This document shows, in pieces, positions 34,821-35,309 of a DNA stretch of 35,309 bases. Made by a program: the position numbers and the translations under genes. The notes beneath the pieces are model-generated. The model did no database searches, had not been told where the DNA came from, and saw only the letters and a list, made by a program, of their open reading frames with translations. Every line of letters starts with the position of its first letter. Position 1 is the stretch's first letter. This stretch comes from a virus (taxonomy: Duplodnaviria; Caudoviricetes): positions 1-35,309 of the IMG/VR virus record IMGVR_UViG_3300029787_000163; one strand, written 5' to 3'.

Positions 34821-34922
34821 TTACAGCCTTTTTAGAGTCGCAAGTGAGTACAAGGCCCAAGCAATCATTGTAATCAAAACTGCCATTAGAAATCCTGTAA
34901 TTATTTCAAGAACGATTTCCAA
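34821..34922 (-). CDS. 33 aa TM peptide (allele of 500-601)
   Basis: Same length, one aa change. Confidence 0.7.
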   Translation of the reverse strand: MEIVLEIITGFLMAVLITMIAWALYSLATLKRL

Positions 34923-35097
34923 CCATGTCTCCTACTATCGGCGTATAGATAGATTCTGTTTTACATTTGTAGCAATCAACCACAGGTCTGCCGTTCTTTT
35001 TATTTTCTTCACTAAACATAAAATGATATTTTTCTAAATGACGGTGTTCTTCTTCCCAACGCTCTCCGCAAACAAAGCAATCAAATCTCCACCTCAA
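34906..35097 (-). CDS. Zinc-ribbon micro-protein (allele of 585-776)
   Basis: CFVC...CYKC. Confidence 0.85.
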   Translation of the reverse strand: MRWRFDCFVCGERWEEEHRHLEKYHFMFSEENKKNGRPVVDCYKCKTESIYTPIVGDMVGNRS

Positions 35098-35231
35098 TCA
35101 ATCAACTCCATACACTTTTTACAAGATATATACTTGTTATCCCTAGTTAACATTCTTCTATATTCTTGCACAGTGCAACTGTATCCGCATAACGTCATTC
35201 TTGGAGTTTGACTTGCTATATGTCGCTTCAT
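35094..35231 (-). CDS. 45 aa zinc-finger micro-protein (diverged allele of 773-910)
   Basis: MKRHIASQTPRMTLCGYSCTVQEYRRMLTRDNKYISCKKCMELID. Confidence 0.8.
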   Translation of the reverse strand: MKRHIASQTPRMTLCGYSCTVQEYRRMLTRDNKYISCKKCMELID

Positions 35232-35309
35232 CAATCTATCGTAATAACGGACCCTTGAAAACAGTTGTTGATGTCAGATACACCGTGTTTAAGCTTAACA
35301 TAGCAATGC

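Larger units (their letters stand above)
34256..35309. repeat. Imperfect terminal repeat, copy B
   Basis: Homologous to 1-988. Confidence 0.95.

Noticed and set aside
447-35037. All plus-strand ORFs in the track (e.g. 447-716, 3819-4289, 5802-6170, 20124-20480, 28575-28946, 31865-32209)
   Set aside because: Antisense shadows of well-supported minus-strand genes; no SD or family motifs.
34256-35309. True direct terminal repeat of the virion DNA
   Set aside because: Copies differ internally by SNPs and whole genes; replication-generated terminal repeats would be identical.

Overview
An apparently complete ~34.3 kb genome of a small head-tailed virus (Caudoviricetes, HK97-type head, non-contractile tail). 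The host is very likely archaeal: TATA/BRE promoters sit 20-23 nt from leaderless ATGs, there are GAGGTGA Shine-Dalgarno sites, RHH regulators and many CxxC micro-proteins. A marine euryarchaeal host is plausible but not demonstrable from sequence. All credible genes are on the minus strand: terS/terL, portal, gp7-like head protein, HK97-gp10-like protein, prohead protease/scaffold, major capsid, two large fibre proteins, adaptor, tail terminator, tail tube, chaperone, very short tape measure and baseplate. I recognise no polymerase, helicase, primase or integrase. The window ends are two diverged alleles of the same ~1 kb region (1-988 vs 34256-35309). Most unusual: (1) a ~1 kb promoter-driven, hairpin-rich region (2208-3206) that looks like a large structured ncRNA with an internally duplicated stem module; (2) six copies of a ~100 bp back-to-back double-TATA module with TATA spacing of exactly 61/71/81 bp, which are mosaics of one another and head exchangeable gene cassettes; (3) an MscS-like channel inside a membrane/Gln-rich operon inserted in the virion module.
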